A DNA stretch of 64,000 bases from Octopus sinensis (GCF_006345805.1 NC_042999.1:59768001-59832000); one strand, 5' to 3'; counted from the stretch's first letter, positions 13,690-26,726 are shown. The notes: a model not told the origin generated them from the letters alone. Translations and numbers: made by a program.

Positions 13690-13850
13690 AAGGAAAGTTT
13701 ACGAAAATAAACAAAAGACAAAGACAGGTGGTGTACAAAACAAACAGATGTATAAGTATAGAGCTCAGGAATAGAAAAAGGCTTTTACGTTTCGAGCCTA
13801 CGCTCTTCTACAGAAAGGGATGCAGAAAAACAAGGAGAAAAAAAATGTGT
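13690..13850 (-). mobile_element. Short repeat carrying a mini-hammerhead-like motif (13782-13817); same family as 25860-26215
   Basis: Minus strand reads CTTT-CTGTAGA-A-GAGC-GTAG-GCTC-GAAA-C-GTA-AAAG. Confidence 0.7.
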
Positions 13851-13868
13851 TTATGTTTATTATATTAT

Positions 13869-13899
<31 letters not shown>

Positions 13900-13962
13900 T
13901 TAATTTTATTGTCAGGGAATAAAAATTCCGGCATAACAAATTGTTCTCAATGAATAAATATA

Positions 13963-14243
13963 TATTTTCATTTAGAGATAGTAGGCTCCTTCATCTCACC
14001 ATATATAAAAGAATTTTTATTTTAAATACCTACTACTTTATAACTTATGAGAAAATGATATAGGGGCCTGATGATTGGGGTTATATTTTAAGAATGGTTC
14101 CAGCAAAACACGGAGTGGTTCAGCAACCGGGAAATGTACCTCATGAAACACGTGTAGCCAAGTTATAAAGTAGTAGGTATTTAAAATAAAAATTCTTTTT
14201 TATATGGTGAGATGAAAGGGCCTACTATCTCTAAATGAAAATA
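13963..14243. mobile_element. Fold-back element with 84-bp inverted arms (13963-14046 and 14160-14243)
   Basis: TATTTTCATTTAGAGATAGTAGG..CTACTTTATAACTT is the reverse complement of AAGTTATAAAGTAG..CCTACTATCTCTAAATGAAAATA with few mismatches. Confidence 0.9.
14065..14159 (+). ncRNA. Type I hammerhead ribozyme-like motif with palindromic helix III
   Basis: GGC-CUGAUGA(14068-14074)-long helix II (UGGGG/CCUCA, UAUAUUU/AAAUGUA)-GAAA(14145-14148)-CACGUG-UA-GCC. The base of helix II is a U.U mismatch. Confidence 0.72.
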
Positions 14244-14269
14244 CACACACACACATACATATATATATA

Positions 14270-14490
14270 TGTATGTGTGTGTGTATGTTTGTGTGTCTGT
14301 GTTTGTCCCTCTAGCATTGCTTGACAACCGATGCTGGTGTGTTTACGTCCCCGTCACTTAGTGGTTCAACAAAAGAGACTGATAGAATAAGTACTGGGTT
14401 TACAAAGAATAAGTCCCGGGGTCGATTTGCTCGACTAAAGGCGGCGCTCCAGCATGGCCGCAGTCAAATGACTGAAACAAGTGAAAGAGA
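14270..14490 (+). mobile_element. 3' half of composite SINE family A
   Basis: GACAACCGATGCTGGTGTGTTTACGTCCCCG..CTCGACTAAAGGCGGCGCTCCAGCATGGCCGCAGTCAAATGACTGAAACAAG. Confidence 0.85.
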
Positions 14491-15058
14491 GTATATGTAT
14501 ATGTATGTGTGTGTGTGTGTGTGTGTTTATCCCTGACTAGCACTTGGCATCTGGTGCTGGTTTGTTTACTTCCCTGTGATTTAGCAGCTCTGCACAAGTG
14601 AAAGATTAAGTATCAGGCTTAAAAAAAAAATTTTTTTTTAAATGGGATTAATTCAACAGACTAGAAATCTTTCGAGGTGATGCTCCAGCATGGGTGTAGT
14701 CAAATGACTGAAACAAGAAACAGATAAAACCATGTACACACACAGACACACACACAGATAAATATATGACAGGCTTCTGTACAGTTTTCAAATACCAGAT
14801 TCCGTGCGCATAGCATAAGTCGGCTGGAAGATATGCACCCAGTGTGCCATGCGGTGGCAAGCAGGAAGTGAACGTCTTGACTGCAGAGCCATGCATGCAC
14901 CTGGTGTCCACAAGAAGCAGTGAATAGATTTTATATATATTGAATGTAGGATAGCGACAGTGAGCTAGTAATCCATGCACCTTAAATGTGCATATTCCAA
15001 GAAGATTCCGGATGTGTGTCATTTGAAGAAAGAAAAGAATATAAATACACTCACACTC

Positions 15059-15093
<35 letters not shown>

Positions 15094-16152
15094 TGGTTTT
15101 TGTGTTAGGACAACAAACATTAACTAACGAAACGTATTCATATACCTGTGTATTTGTGTATGTTTTTATGTATACATATATATTTGTGTATATATACATA
15201 CATACATATACACATGCAAATATGTATACGTACATATATGTATATATATATATGTGTGTGTGTGTGTGTACCTATATTTACATAAACACAATTATATATA
15301 CAAATATATACACATAAACATATATATACATATATATAGATATATATGTTTATATATGTATATATATATACATACACACACACACGTATATATATATACA
15401 CACATGTTTATGTATATGTATATATGTATATACATGTATATATATATATATTATATATTATATATATATATTATATGCATACATATATATATATGCATAC
15501 ACCTATATGTATATATATGCATACATATATATGTATACATATATATACACATATATGTATATATATGTATATATATCTATATATACACACACACACACAT
15601 ATATACATACCTGTATATACACACACATGCGCATGTGTGTGTGTGTGCGTTGTACTCTGCTTGTCTGCGTGTGTTAGTGCGCAAACAAATTGTCAGATAG
15701 CAATCTAGTGGAAGTCCTAGAGCTGTTCTGTGAATGCATAGACGTGAGCGTAGCATTGTGAATAATACTTGTGTGTACATCTGTGTGTGTGCGCGCGCAC
15801 GTGTGTGTGTGTGCATGTATGTGCATGGTTTTAACAACACAGGCAGACTCTGCTGCATGAGATTACCAACAGTAACTGCAAGGAATGACATTAATACATC
15901 AACTAAAAGCTTTTAGCTGTTTCTTGTTTATGCAGTCTTCTTCTGTTGTTGTGGCTGATGTTGTTGTTGTTGTTCTAGTTGTTGATGTCGTTTTCTTTCC
16001 GATTCCTTAAAGAAATTTTCCAACAAAGAATGAATCAGTCTTTTACAACAAACTAGATTTCATTGTTGAAATTCATATTAATGCTCAGTAACATTATATA
16101 TATATGTATACATATATATATATACATATATATATATACATATATATATATA

Positions 16153-16777
16153 CTAGCAGTATCGCCCGGCGTTGCTCGGGTTTGTAAGGGAAATAACTAT
16201 ATAAGCATTTTTAGAGAGTTATAGCCAAAAAATAGCAAAAAATGGAAAAAATATGAATTGTAAATTTTTTTAAAATCGTTGACTCATCGTAGACATTTTT
16301 AGAGAGTTACTTCCCTTATATAATAGCGAAAAAATGCATTAAAATGGAAAAAAAACGATGGTAAATTTTTTTATAAATCGTAGACTCATGTAGACGCTTT
16401 CTTAGCCATTTCTGTTTTGGTGTCTTCAAGCCATGAAGTCGTTGTTCTAAAAGAACACTGGTCTCCTTGACAACGCATTACGACGTTGATTTCCTTACAC
16501 TCCCTTCCCCACAGGTGCAGGTGTGAGCGTGGACGCCAACTCCGCCGCCATCGACACACGAAAATTTATGCATTAAAATGGAATAAAAAATGATGTTAAA
16601 TTATTTTTAAAATCGTAGACTCATCGTAGACGCGCGCTAATATTCAGACGGGCTCGATATGAATCACGACTATAAGCTACCCGAATTGGTTAAACTGTAC
16701 CGCAAAATGTGGGAGTAGTTAGGAATCTAAATCGAAGGGGACAGACACTCACACAACTACAGTTTTATATATATAGA
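16153..16777 (-). mobile_element. Non-autonomous Helitron
   Basis: Minus strand begins A|TC (TCTATATATATAAAAC) and ends CCCGAGCAACGCCGGG-N-CTAG|T: 5'-TC, a subterminal hairpin, 3'-CTAG and an A/T target. Confidence 0.78.
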
Positions 16778-16796
16778 TATACATAGCGCAGTAGTG

Positions 16797-17140
16797 GTGA
16801 GATATGACAGCAAAAGAAAGCATACATTCACTCTCTGCATGCAATTAGACTCGGAAAGTTGTGAGGAACCCATTGACCCAATTTGCTGACTTTCCGATAG
16901 CACACAGGTATCAATGAATGGTTGAATGACCAATCCAAGCTTCTCTGCTAGTTCCTCAACAGTTACGATGGATTTTGTTCCACCAGGGTTTTCAGGATGT
17001 CCTTGTCGAGTTCTACAGATCTTTCAGGATGAGGCTCGTCTTCTAGGCTGTAGTTTATGGCTCGGGATTTCTGGAACCACCCTTTGACACTGCTTACGCT
17101 TATTGTCCAATCCCCATATACTGCATTAATATTTCTTGTA
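16797..17140 (-). pseudogene. Mariner (Tc1/mariner) transposase N-terminal fragment, frameshifted
   Basis: RNINAVYGD..KGWFQK..YSLEDEPHPERSVELDKDILKTLVEQNP..TVEELAEKLG.., then a shifted frame ..KLGQWVPH..; HTH domains and the WVPHxL-type motif. Confidence 0.85.
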
Positions 17141-17579
17141 CTTTGCACACATTATATTCTGTATTCTTTTATATGTTTCAGCCTTGAGGTTGTGCCATGC
17201 TGGATCATGTGTGGTGTGTCATGTGTCTGTCTGTATGTATATATGTATATGTATGTGTGTGAACAATAATATTTTCAACAGATGTGTTGCAAATGTATCT
17301 GATTGTTCTCAAGCTTCAATACTGTGTGTGTGTGTGGTGTGTGGTGTGTATGTATGTATGTATGTATATGTATGTATGTATGTATATGTTGTATGTATGT
17401 ATGTATGTGTGTATGTATGTGTGGTGTGTGTTATGTGTGTGTGTGTGTATGTAGTTATGTATGTATGTATGTATGTATGTATGTATGAGTGTATGTTTAC
17501 TTTTTTACTAATTACTCTCTTCCAAGAACATTTTCTCACTCTTAGCTCTTAGCTTCCCATACATTTTACTCATGTATCT

Positions 17580-17909
17580 ATCAGCGTCATGGACAGAATA
17601 CTTTCACTTTAGTCTTCCTCAAATCTCTCTGTCGCTATTTACTTTCATTTTATTCGTTGCCCACTGTGTGTGTGCGTTTGCGTGTGGTGTAAACCAGACT
17701 AAGAAAAGCATTTGACACACACACCAGAATGTGAGTTTTCTGTAAATTTTGCTTAATTGGAGTTTAAATTTTAAAAACTGGACCTGGTATGACGCGATGC
17801 ATTGTACTCTCAAAACTGCTAGGTAAATTGTAATTGAAGAAATCCTATATTGTAGATTTGTATAACTCCCAAAGGGAGGCAGATAAAATCTGCCTTTTAT
17901 AATAAGAGA
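17580..17909 (-). mobile_element. Probable Helitron-like 5' fragment
   Basis: Minus strand begins A|TCTCTTATTATAAAAGGC; no CTAG 3' end was found. Confidence 0.4.
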
Positions 17910-17914
17910 TATAT

Positions 17915-18295
17915 ACTCTTTACTCTTTACTCTTTTACTTGTTTCAGTCATTTGACTGTGGCCATGCTGGAGCACCACCTTTAGTCGATCTAATCGACCC
18001 CAGGACTTATTCTTTGTAAGCCTAGTACTTATTATATATCTAGTACTTATTATATATCTTTTGCTGAACTGCTAAGTTATGGGGATGTAAACACATCAGC
18101 ATCGGTTGTCAAGCGATGTTGTGGTGACAAATACAGACACAGAAACATATACATACACATATATATACATATATATATACATATATACGACAGGCTTCTT
18201 TCAGTTTCCGTCTACTAAATCCACTCACAAGGCTTTGGTCGGCCCGAGGCTATAGTTGAAGACACTTGCCCAAGGTACCATGCAGTGATATATTG
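17915..18295 (-). mobile_element. Composite SINE family A (tail + internal microsatellite + partial head)
   Basis: TACTCTTTACTCTTTTACTTGTTTCAGTCATTTGACTG..CAGGCTTCTTTCAGTTTCCGTCTACTAAATCCACTCACAAGG. Confidence 0.85.
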
Positions 18296-18346
18296 ACTTC
18301 TATACATGTGTGTATATATGATGTGTGTGGTATATATATATATATT

Positions 18347-18404
<58 letters not shown>

Positions 18405-18935
18405 GCATACACATAAATATGTGTGTGTGTGTGTATATATCTATCGTCATTATCTTCATCATCGTTTAACATCCGCTTTCCATGCTAGCATGGGTTGGAC
18501 GATTTGACTGAATGTCTGGCGAACCAGATGGCCGCACCAGACTCCAATTTGATCTGGCAGAGTTTCTACAGCTGGATGCCCTTCTTAACACCAACCACTC
18601 CGAGAGTGACCTAACGAATATATATCAGTTTACCAATGACATATGTATATAGCTTTTTATCTGTTACTTATTTCAATCTTTACACTGCAGCCATGCGGGA
18701 GTACTGTCTTGAAGAAATTTTAGTTGAATGTATTATCCCCAAACCTTAATTTTTTAAGGCCAGGTACTTATTCTATCAGTCTCTTCAGCCAAGCAAGAAA
18801 TATGATGGAATGATTAAGCTGACCTTGTAATCAGGGGGTGACAGTTTCTAACACAACCACAGGTGGAACCAACTCTTGTCTGTGCAATTTCATAGGCAGA
18901 AGCTCTTTGACGACACTGTTTCAAATAATGTACCT

Positions 18936-19148
18936 ATTTCTTTACTACCCACAAGGAGCTAAACAGAGAGAGAACAAACAAGGGTGGCCAAATGGATTAA
19001 GTCGATTACATCGACCCCAGGGTGTAACTGGTACTTGATTCATCGACCCTGAAAGGATGAAAGGCAAAGTCAACCTCGGCAGAATTTGAACTCAGAACGT
19101 AACGGCAGACGAAATACGGCTATGCATTTCGCCCAGCGTGCTAACGAT
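18936..19148 (-). mobile_element. 5'-truncated SINE family B with a 12-bp target-site duplication
   Basis: AATAATGTACCT at 18924-18935 and 19149-19160 flanks the element. Confidence 0.88.
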
Positions 19149-19732
19149 AATAATGTACCTGTCGTCCAAAGTCCTGATTTAGCACATATTTTGTCACGAA
19201 GGTTCTGGCAGTGATTTATCTGAAGGATACATGCCTGTGCAATGCCCATACACTTATGTGTTGATTTAGTGTTTAAATAATAAATAAGCTGGTCAAACAA
19301 CTCAATGGCTGATCTCTAATTAGTATGAGTGCGTGCATGTTTTTGTGTTTGAAGTTTCAGAGTGTGTATACACACATGCTGGTGGTGTGTGCGAGTGTGC
19401 AAGCAATGTATATAGACATGTATACACACACACAAACACACACACACATATAGGGAGTTAAAAGCTATGGCTGGTCATAGAGTGAGCATTGATTTCACGC
19501 CTATAAAGAGCTTAGCAGTATAGGTGACTTGCTCTGATGCTTTAAGGGATGTTTCATTTTCGGATATATGAAATTGGTGGGTATATACATATATTTATAT
19601 TACACTTCCCCCACAAAATATATATATATATATATATAGAATATAATATATATATATGCTGGCCATTGATAAAGTTTTTTTCGAGAGAAAATATATATTT
19701 TTTTTCGAAAAGAATTTTATCCTCACATTTGA

Positions 19733-19769
<37 letters not shown>

Positions 19770-20174
19770 GTATATATATATATGTATATATATATATCTA
19801 TATATATATATATATATACTCGCGCAAATATATATTTCTGTCTAATGGTATCAGCCATGCTGGGGCAGAGTACAGACATATTCTGTGTATATACATATAT
19901 ATATATATTTACACCACACACACACATTTGTAAACACGTATGTTTGTGAGTACATGTGTGTGTGTATATATATATATATACATATATACATATGTAATAT
20001 ATGCACTATCTATACACACATAGCTTTTAACTTCCTATATGTGAGTGTGTGTGTGTGTACATAGCCTTGTGTGTAAGAATGGAGACTGTTGATTAAACAA
20101 CTGAATACTTCTAGTAAAATCTGAAGGGGAAAATATATACATTTATAAACATGCATATATATATATTATATATA

Positions 20175-20545
20175 CTCTTTACTCTTTTACTTGTTTCGGT
20201 CATTTGACTGTGGCCATGCTGGAGCACTGCCTTTAGTCGAGCAAATCGACTCCAGGACTTATTCTTTGTAAGCCCAGTACTTATTCTATCGGGGACGTAA
20301 ACACACCAGCATCGGTTGTCAAGCAATGCCAGGGGGACAAACACAGACACACAAACACACACATACATATATATATATACGACAGGCTTCTTTCAGTTTC
20401 CGTCTTCCAAATCCACTCACAAGGCCTTGGTCGGCCCGGGGCTATAGCAGAAGACACTTGCCCAAGATACTACGCAGTGGGACTGCAACCCGGAACCATG
20501 TGGTTGGTAAGCAAGCTACTTACCACACAGCCACTCCTGCGCCTA
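20175..20545 (-). mobile_element. Composite SINE family A, near full length
   Basis: The tRNA-like head ends at ..CACACAGCCACTCCTGCGCCTAT; there is an internal (CA)/(TA) tract. Confidence 0.88.
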
Positions 20546-20600
20546 TAATGTAATATATATATGTATATATATATATATATATATAGATATATATATATAT

Positions 20601-20675
<75 letters not shown>

Positions 20676-21333
20676 TAATATATTATATGTATGCATATGT
20701 ATATATATCTATCGATCTATCTATCTATCTATCTATCTATATATATATATATATATATATAGTATATATATATATATATATGTATATATATGTATATATA
20801 GATGATGTGCACACTGTGAAATAACCAGAGTATGTATGTACATCTGCATTATATTCACAGGCTGTCAGTTCTAATTTATTTGTTCCTTCTCTCTTGTATG
20901 GCGATTGTCTTTTCAAGTCTTCAGTCTTCCATATTCTGCAGTCTTCTCTGTAGAGCTGCTGCACACACAGTACCATTCTCTTCATTTGCTAATTGACATA
21001 TATGTGAATAAAAACGGAAACTGTTGCATTGAAAACTTTACAAGTTATGCCAAAAGCGTCTTTGCCTGCGTTTTATCTGTTTCTCTCAACAAATGCATGC
21101 CTCTTAACATACCTTTGTAGCTATCGTTGCATTATACGAGTTCGTGGGTGTATGTGTGAGTGTGTGTGTATTTATACATATATATTTATACATATATATA
21201 TTTATATATATAAGTATATATATATAGAAGTATATATATATATATATAAGTATATATATGTATGTATATGTATATATATATATGTAAATGTGTATGTGCA
21301 TATATATATATATGCATATATATATATATATAT

Positions 21334-21369
<36 letters not shown>

Positions 21370-21422
21370 GTATATATATATATGTATGTGTATATATATA
21401 TGTATGTATGTATGTATGATAT

Positions 21423-21456
<34 letters not shown>

Positions 21457-21601
21457 GTATGTATGTATTTATGTATGTACGTGTGTATATATATATGTAT
21501 GTATATATATATGTATGTATATATATATGTATATATATATGTATGTATATATATATATTTATGTATGTATATATATATATATGTATATATACATATATAT
21601 T

Positions 21602-21632
<31 letters not shown>

Positions 21633-22166
21633 GTATATATGTATGTATATATATTATATCAAACATGTTTCCACGTACACTTGAACAGATTTACTTGTTC
21701 TGCGTTCTTTGTACATTATGGACATCAACATATACAGACATGTACATTGATATATACACATGCACACGCACACACACAAGCACATGAATGCACACACATG
21801 CATACACTCATCTGCATGCATACGAGCATACGCTCTCCCCCCTCCTCGAGCGCTTATTATCATCACCCCCCTGTATGTTGTGCATTACAACAGACACAAT
21901 GAGAAGATCTGCAGTGCCTTGTCTCATTGTTGTCTGCTGAATAGGAAAAGAGGAAATGATATGCAACAGAAAAAAAAGATCCCTCCTTCAATATGTATAG
22001 TATATATATACACACACACACACACATATATATATATCTATATATATATATATATACACACACACATATATCTATCTATATATATATATATATATATATA
22101 TACATGTGTGTATATGTATATACATATATATACATATATATATATATATATGTGTGTATATACACA

Positions 22167-22203
<37 letters not shown>

Positions 22204-22213
22204 CACATACATA

Positions 22214-22684
22214 TCATCATCATCATCATCATCATCATCATCGTTTAACGTCCGCTTTCCATGCTAGCATAGGTTGGATGGTTCAACTGGGGTCTGGGAC
22301 GCCCGAAGGCTGCACCAGGCCAGTCAGATCTGGCGGTGTTTCTACAGCTGGATGCCCATCCTAACGCCAACCACTCCGTGAGTGTAGTGGGTGCTTTTTA
22401 TGTGCCACCGACACAGGAGCCAGACGAGGCTGGCGAACGGCCACGCTCGGATGGTGTTTTTTACGTGCCACCGACATGGAGGCCAGGCGAGGCTGGGACG
22501 GCCACGATCGGATGGTGTTTGTTACGTGCCACCAACACGGAGGCCAGTCGACGCGGTGCTGGCTACGGCCACGTTCGGATGGTTCCCTTATGTGCCACCA
22601 GCATTGGTACCACAAACTACAAATTCCATTGATGTGGATCGATTTTGATTTTGATTTTCACTTGCCTCAACAGGTCTTCACAAG
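22214..22684 (-). mobile_element. RTE 3' UTR copy with (GAT)n tail
   Basis: Colinear with 52428-52985, including the CACTTGCCTCAACAGGTCTTCACAAG unit. Confidence 0.9.
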
Positions 22685-22705
22685 ACCTAACATATATATA
22701 CATAT

Positions 22706-22812
<107 letters not shown>

Positions 22813-22976
22813 ATATATATATATTTATTTATGTACATATATATATGTATATGCACATATATACCCTAGACACAGTAGCCTAGGGTAGTTTTTCTACCTG
22901 GCTAGCTCATGTCACCTATCCTACCCATGTATGCATGGAAGATGTATGTTAACTGGTGATGATGATGATGATGATG

Positions 22977-23025
<49 letters not shown>

Positions 23026-23744
23026 TTGCAGGCATGTGTGTGTGATCAAGAAGCTTGCTTTCCTATTTTCCAATCCTATAGTCTTGTGTTCCTTCTGTCC
23101 CTCTGCACATCGCCTTGTGCAAGTGTCCTCTTCTATAGCCCTGGACTGAGTAAAGGTTTTCGGAGTGGATTATGTAGATAGAAACTGAAAGAAGCCCATT
23201 GTTTGTGTGTGTGTGTGTGTGGGGGGGGGTTATATAAATATATATATCGTCATCATCGTCGTCGTCATCATCATTTAACAGCCATTGTTCATGCTGGCAT
23301 GGGTTGGATGGCTTGATCAAAGCCAGGGAGCTGCACCAGACTCCAGTCTGATTTGGCAGGGTTTCTGTGGCTGGATACCCTTTTCAATGCCAACCGCTTT
23401 ACAGGGTGTTCTGGGTGCTTTTCTGTGGCACCAAACAGGTGCTTTTATGTGACACCATACAGGCACTTTTGCCTGAAACCACATGTAAGTGATGCTGGTG
23501 TTGTTTGCCGAATTTGTTTGAGTATAGGAGAAAATGTCTTGAAGTATTTCTTTAGTATATTTCAACATTGAGTTCAAATGACACTGAGGTGAACCTTTCC
23601 CTTAATCCGTTTGGTGGAAAATGGGGATTACTAATATAAAGAACCAGTTCAGTACTGTTGTTGATGTTATTGATTCAGCCCCTTCCCTGCAAAAGAACTC
23701 ACTCCCTATTGTTATTATTTAGCTCCAGGTTGAGCCCTCCTTGC

Positions 23745-24678
23745 ATGTATCTATGAACAAAGAAGTACCTCGAAATAAAGGGGACAGATCCTGTACACTA
23801 TAGATCTTGCAATGAGACCTGGACACAATGCAGCAAGGGGATCATGGACTGGCAACTCAAGCTGGCTGTGAACAAATGTACCACCATGCATTTTGGGAGG
23901 AAAAAACCCAGTGTCTAATCTCAAAAGTCTTCTTGTGAACATGACCTGAGCATTATTGTCGACAGCAATTTGCATTGGACAAAACACATTGCTAAAATTG
24001 CCAAGAAGGCTGAGGATGTCTTGGCATCACTCACCAAGTCCTTTGTGAGCCGTTCTCCAGCTATCTATCTGAGGCTTTATATAGCTATAGTGTGACCTCA
24101 CCTGGAATTTGCATCACCGGTCTGGAATCCCTATCTTTCCCTGGATATTAATCATCTGGAAACCGTTCAGCAATATACAACCAAGAGAATATCCTTCATC
24201 AGGCATTTGCCGTATTCTGAACGCCTTACTTCCCTGGGCATGGATACATTGAAACTCCAACGTCTGGCAACTGACTTGGCAGACACCCATAAAATTATTA
24301 ACCATCTTACTGAGCACCTTTTCAAACTCCACCTGTCTTACACCCATGGACATGTTTACAAAGTCAGAAAGCAGCATGGCTCTTGTAACTTTTGGAAACA
24401 TTTTTTCGCAATAAGAGTTGCTGAAGCAGGGAACAAACTGCCGCCATAAGTTGTTAGTTGTCGGAGCACTGCATCCTTCAAAACTTCCATGCTTCCTGAG
24501 ATTCGCCAACACTACACCTGATTTTCTCCCCTCCATACACACGCAAGCATGTATCTGACTCATACACTGTTCACTCTCTAGACATTTGTACATTACTCCA
24601 TATGCTTTATACGCACTTTTGACAAGTTGTGGGGCACCTGATCCCTGTATACAATAATTTCATTATTATTATATTATA
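23745..24678 (+). pseudogene. CR1-clade LINE 3' fragment (RT C-terminus, 3' UTR, (ATT)n tail)
   Basis: DWQLKLAVNKCTTMHFG..PHLEFASPVWNPYL..LPYSERLTSLGMDTLKLQRL..FFAIRV, with frameshifts. Confidence 0.85.
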
Positions 24679-25069
24679 AGTTCAGCTATGGCCATATCAT
24701 CTATTATTCAGAATTAAGTGTATATAGAACTACGTAATGCATCATCATCTTTGTTAACACAGTAAAGTGTATTTCGAAAAACTTTCGGCTGCTATTTCCA
24801 GGAGGTCTGTCACCATGTCGATGCTCTTGCTGAATGTTGGTTTCAAACGTTTGGTGCAGGGCCTGAGAGTTTGGCAGGAGGGAGTAAGTCTTCTATGTCA
24901 ATCCTAGTACTCAGCTGGTACTTACTTTCTTGACCCCGACAGAATTAAAAAGCAAAGTCGACACTGGAGGAATTTGAACTCAGAATGTAAAGATAGGCTA
25001 AATGTCATGAAGAATTTTGTCCTGTATGCCAACGATTCTGCCTGCTTGCCACCATAAATATTTTATGCA

Positions 25070-25385
25070 GTCTTTCCAAGCCTATCCAGGTTCATGGGCC
25101 CGGCTTCCCGGTTTCTATGGTGTATGTGTTCCCCTACCCACCAGCTAGATGGGACGCCAGTCCATCGCAGCATTACTCAAGAAACAGTTAGAAAGAGTGA
25201 GAGAAAGTTGGGGCAAAGGAAAACAACAGGGATCGCCACCACCCCCTGCCGGAGCCTCGTGGATCTTTAGGTGTTTTCGCTCAATAAACACACAATGCCT
25301 GGTCTGGGAATCGAAACCACGATCCTCCGACCACAAGTCTGCTGCCCTAACCACTTAACCACTGGGCCATTGCACCTCCACTGCC
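25070..25385 (-). mobile_element. tRNA-derived SINE (family C); homologous to 39352-39632
   Basis: Head GGCCCAGTGGTTA..GGTTTCGATTCCCAGACC; shared central domain GATGGACTGGCGTCCCATC. Confidence 0.75.
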
Positions 25386-25859
25386 ACCATAAACCCTTGT
25401 GGAATATGGAAATTACATTGTAGAGTTAATATGCCAGACATCTAAAAGATGTTCCATAGTGAACATTGTATTCTATATTTCTTCCAAGTGCACCAATCAC
25501 ACTTAGAGCTAGAATATATTTGCTTATACTTCCATAACATGTGTGGGTGTGTGTTTACATGTGTATGAGTGTGTTAATGTGTTTCTGCATTTGCGTGTTA
25601 CAACATTTTTATTTTTATATGTAATACATATTTTATGTGCATGCACATATGTATATGTATATATATATATATATGTGTGTATGTATCTATATATGCCCAC
25701 AGCACACACACATGTATATATATACATATAAACTTGCAAAGATGTGTGTGTGTGTGTGTGTATGTATTTATATATATATATATTTGTGTATCTATATCTA
25801 TGTGTGCATGTGTATATATTATGAGTACGCATATATATATATACAGAGAGAGAGAGAGA

Positions 25860-26215
25860 ATTCACAAAAAAAAAGATGAAGACAGGTGGAGTAGACAACA
25901 AGCAGATGTATTAGTATAACACTCGGGAAGTGAGAAAGTCTTTTATGTTTTGAGCATATGCTCTTCCACAGAAAGAAACAAGGAGAGAAAATAAAGAATG
26001 TGTAGTGGCTAATGTTCTATCATTAGCCCCTACACGCAATTTTTTTCTCTCCTTGTTTCTCTCCTTGTTTCTTTTCTGTGTATCTTTCTGTCGAAGTGCA
26101 TAGGCTCGAAACGTAAAAGACTTGTTTTATTTCTATTCCTGAGCGCCATACTAATACATTGTTTGTTTGTACTCCACCTGCCTTCGTCTTTTGTTTATTT
26201 TCGTAAACCTTCCCG
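25860..26215. mobile_element. Fold-back of two diverged inverted copies of the 13690-type repeat
   Basis: GAAGACAGGTGGAGTA..GCTAATG-ttctat-CATTAGC..TACTCCACCTGCCTTC. Confidence 0.8.
26083..26120 (+). ncRNA. Mini-hammerhead-like motif (A6U core variant, loopless palindromic helix III)
   Basis: UCUUU-CUGUCGA-AGUGC-AUAG-GCUC-GAAA-C-GUA-AAAGA. Confidence 0.55.
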
Positions 26216-26259
<44 letters not shown>

Positions 26260-26454
26260 GTGTGTATATGTGTGAGTATGATGTATATATTTGTGTGTGT
26301 GTGTATATGTATATATATTGCATTTGTGTAACTCATGCAAACACATAGAGAAATATGGAAATATATATATGCATATAATTGTGTGTATATATATATGTAT
26401 ATATACATATATATATATGTATCTACATAAGGATATGATCGATATTTAAATACC

Positions 26455-26630
26455 GATCTTATCAGGTGGCCAGCATGGAAACAAAGATAATAATTATTTA
26501 AAATTATAATTTAGGGTACCTAAGAAATACCACCATTAAATGTGGTTTTAGAGTCAAGTTTTGACTGCTATTTTCAACGTAGTGGTATCTCCTAGATACC
26601 CTAAATTATAATTTTAAATACATATATATG
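26455..26630. repeat. Internally deleted copy of the hairpin repeat at 43690-43903
   Basis: Shares GATCTT..GTGGCCAGCATGGAAA, AAAATTATAATTTAGGGTA and TACCCTAAATTATAATT. Confidence 0.75.
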
Positions 26631-26683
26631 TACATATATATATTTATGTATGTATAAATATATATACATATTTATATATATAT

Positions 26684-26726
<43 letters not shown>

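Noticed and set aside
20830-21110. Possible exon(s) on the minus strand with a GTATGT donor and an AG acceptor
   Set aside because: No frame gives a recognisable protein, and such splice-like motifs are expected by chance in AT-rich DNA.
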